16,183 nucleotides of DNA from a virus. Every line of letters starts with the position of its first letter. The first letter of the stretch is position 1. A model generated the notes under the pieces. That model was given only the letters and a program-made list of their open reading frames with translations. It was not told the origin of the DNA and ran no database searches. The stretch lies in the UHGV virus genome UHGV-0286155; one strand, 5' to 3'. A program made the position numbers and the translations under genes. This document shows positions 15,056 through 16,183 of this stretch, in pieces.

Positions 15056-15676
15056 ATGGAATTATATCATGGTTCCCATGGTGAGCATGTGCTCGCCTAT
15101 AAAAAACATATTGAACGAGTCGTCAATGATGCTATCAGTGAATTCCCTAGAACGATGGCGTTACGTGTTGATGTTCATTATCCACCCATTTTAGACAGAG
15201 GTGACACTGTTTGCTGTTTTCCTAATCTAGAGCCTGGTGCTATATCCCGTTTCCGTAATGCGTTAAATGCAATGCTGGAGGCCAATGAGAAAGCCAGAGC
15301 AGCTAACGGTAAACGAATTTATCCAAACCGTGTTCGTCACGTTTGGGTACGTGAGTTTTCCGAAGAGGGAAAATGCCACTTTCATCTTGGTCTTTTTTTT
15401 AATAAAGATGCTTATTACCATTTGGGTGATTATGAGACTGAAAGCAATTTACGAATGATGATTGTAAGAGCATGGTATAGCGCACTGGGATTGGAACTGG
15501 ATGATTATCCGGGATTGGTTCACTACCCTGAAAATTGTCGTTATATATTAGACGTCAATGATTTTAACTTTGAAGGAGAATACAATAAATTACTGAATCG
15601 TCTCGACTACCTAGCTAAACTCGATACAAAAGCTTATGGAGATGGCGACCGTAGCTTCGGCTGCAGTCGCGGGTAA
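15056..15676 (+). CDS. YagK/YfjJ-family protein (Inovirus Gp2-like)
   Basis: 206 aa. Resembles from memory the YagK/YfjJ proteins of CP4-type prophage islands. Contains HFHLGLFF, an H-hydrophobic-H motif. Confidence 0.6.
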   Translation: MELYHGSHGEHVLAYKKHIERVVNDAISEFPRTMALRVDVHYPPILDRGDTVCCFPNLEPGAISRFRNALNAMLEANEKARAANGKRIYPNRVRHVWVREFSEEGKCHFHLGLFFNKDAYYHLGDYETESNLRMMIVRAWYSALGLELDDYPGLVHYPENCRYILDVNDFNFEGEYNKLLNRLDYLAKLDTKAYGDGDRSFGCSRG

Positions 15677-15817
15677 TTTATTTTTTTCAGCAATGGCCTT
15701 TCTTATGGATGGAAAGGCCAGACCTTATATATCAAGACGATGGTGAGCGATAAAGTATTGTTTTCAAATAATCATCTGTTGCAGTAAACTCAGGGTGTTG
15801 GCCACTCATGGCCTGTG

Positions 15818-16180
15818 TTAGTGGAATAATCTTTGTCCTGACTCCCATCCCCTGAAATCAACGTAACCATAATCACGTAAGACTTCCATGATAATCGTAT
15901 TACGTGGTGAACGCTGACCTGCAACCATCTTTTCAACCGACATCGAATTATTCAGCGCCCCTGGGCTAATAACTTCAAATCGATTGCTATACAAGCCAAT
16001 CTCTATCTCAACAAAGCGTGTCCAGTCGCGATGAGCCAGTGCAGTCACTGCGAACTGTCGCTCAAGGCGATTCGGGATAACTATGTGTTCATGACCACCA
16101 CGTTTATATCGGTGGGTAGGCTGCTGATAACTCACCAGACCCAGTTCTTTCATGAGCTTTCCGGCAAGCCAGCGTCCCAT
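15818..16180 (-). mobile_element. possible IS-family transposase remnant, 5' part beyond window end
   Basis: The minus-strand ORF runs off the right edge. The segment [13 protein letters not shown]...[16 protein letters not shown]...RDWT resembles the region preceding the catalytic core of IS3-like transposases, but the downstream sequence does not continue into a recognisable DDE core, suggesting truncation or frameshift. Confidence 0.3.
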
Positions 16181-16183
16181 TTT

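Noticed and set aside
13870-15458. ORFs 13870..14061(-) and 15267..15458(+)
   Set aside because: Embedded within the RHH-fusion gene (antisense) and the yagK-like gene (alternate frame). No independent support.
15690-15714. Hairpin GGCCTTTC-N9-GAAAGGCC as terminator of the yagK-like gene
   Set aside because: The T-run precedes the stem on the plus strand instead of following it, and the minus-strand tail is A-rich. It does not fit an intrinsic terminator on either strand.

Overview
This window is a junction between two integrated mobile elements in an enterobacterial (E. coli-like) chromosome, read from sequence alone with no database searches. Nt 1-11383 is the immunity/early region of a lambdoid prophage. 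A leftward operon on the minus strand runs Cro-like, a CII-position protein, a 112-aa ORF, an O-like replication initiator with an iteron array inside the gene, a PerC/Pch-like protein, a Dam-type N6-adenine methyltransferase, a LexA DNA-binding-domain-only protein, RusA, a KilA-N protein, a DUF968/YdfU-like protein and a short Q antiterminator. Diverging from it on the plus strand are a CI-like HTH-S24 repressor, a ClpX-type zinc-finger mini-protein, two small ORFs, a GC-rich structured locus with no credible ORF, an HD-domain hydrolase, two small proteins, an excisionase and a P22-type tyrosine integrase. At 11398-11446 a 49-nt 3' segment of tRNA-Thr marks the attachment core. Immediately to its right a second, CP4-type island begins: P4-like integrase, AlpA-like regulator, an AT-rich gene encoding an RHH-fusion protein, a small HTH ORF, a YagK/YfjJ-family protein and a probable transposase remnant at the window edge. 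No rRNA or CRISPR array is present. The best candidates for undescribed biology are the ClpX zinc-finger-only gene just downstream of cI, the LexA-DBD-only gene, the structured non-coding locus at about 8395-8710, and the RHH-fusion cargo gene of the second island.
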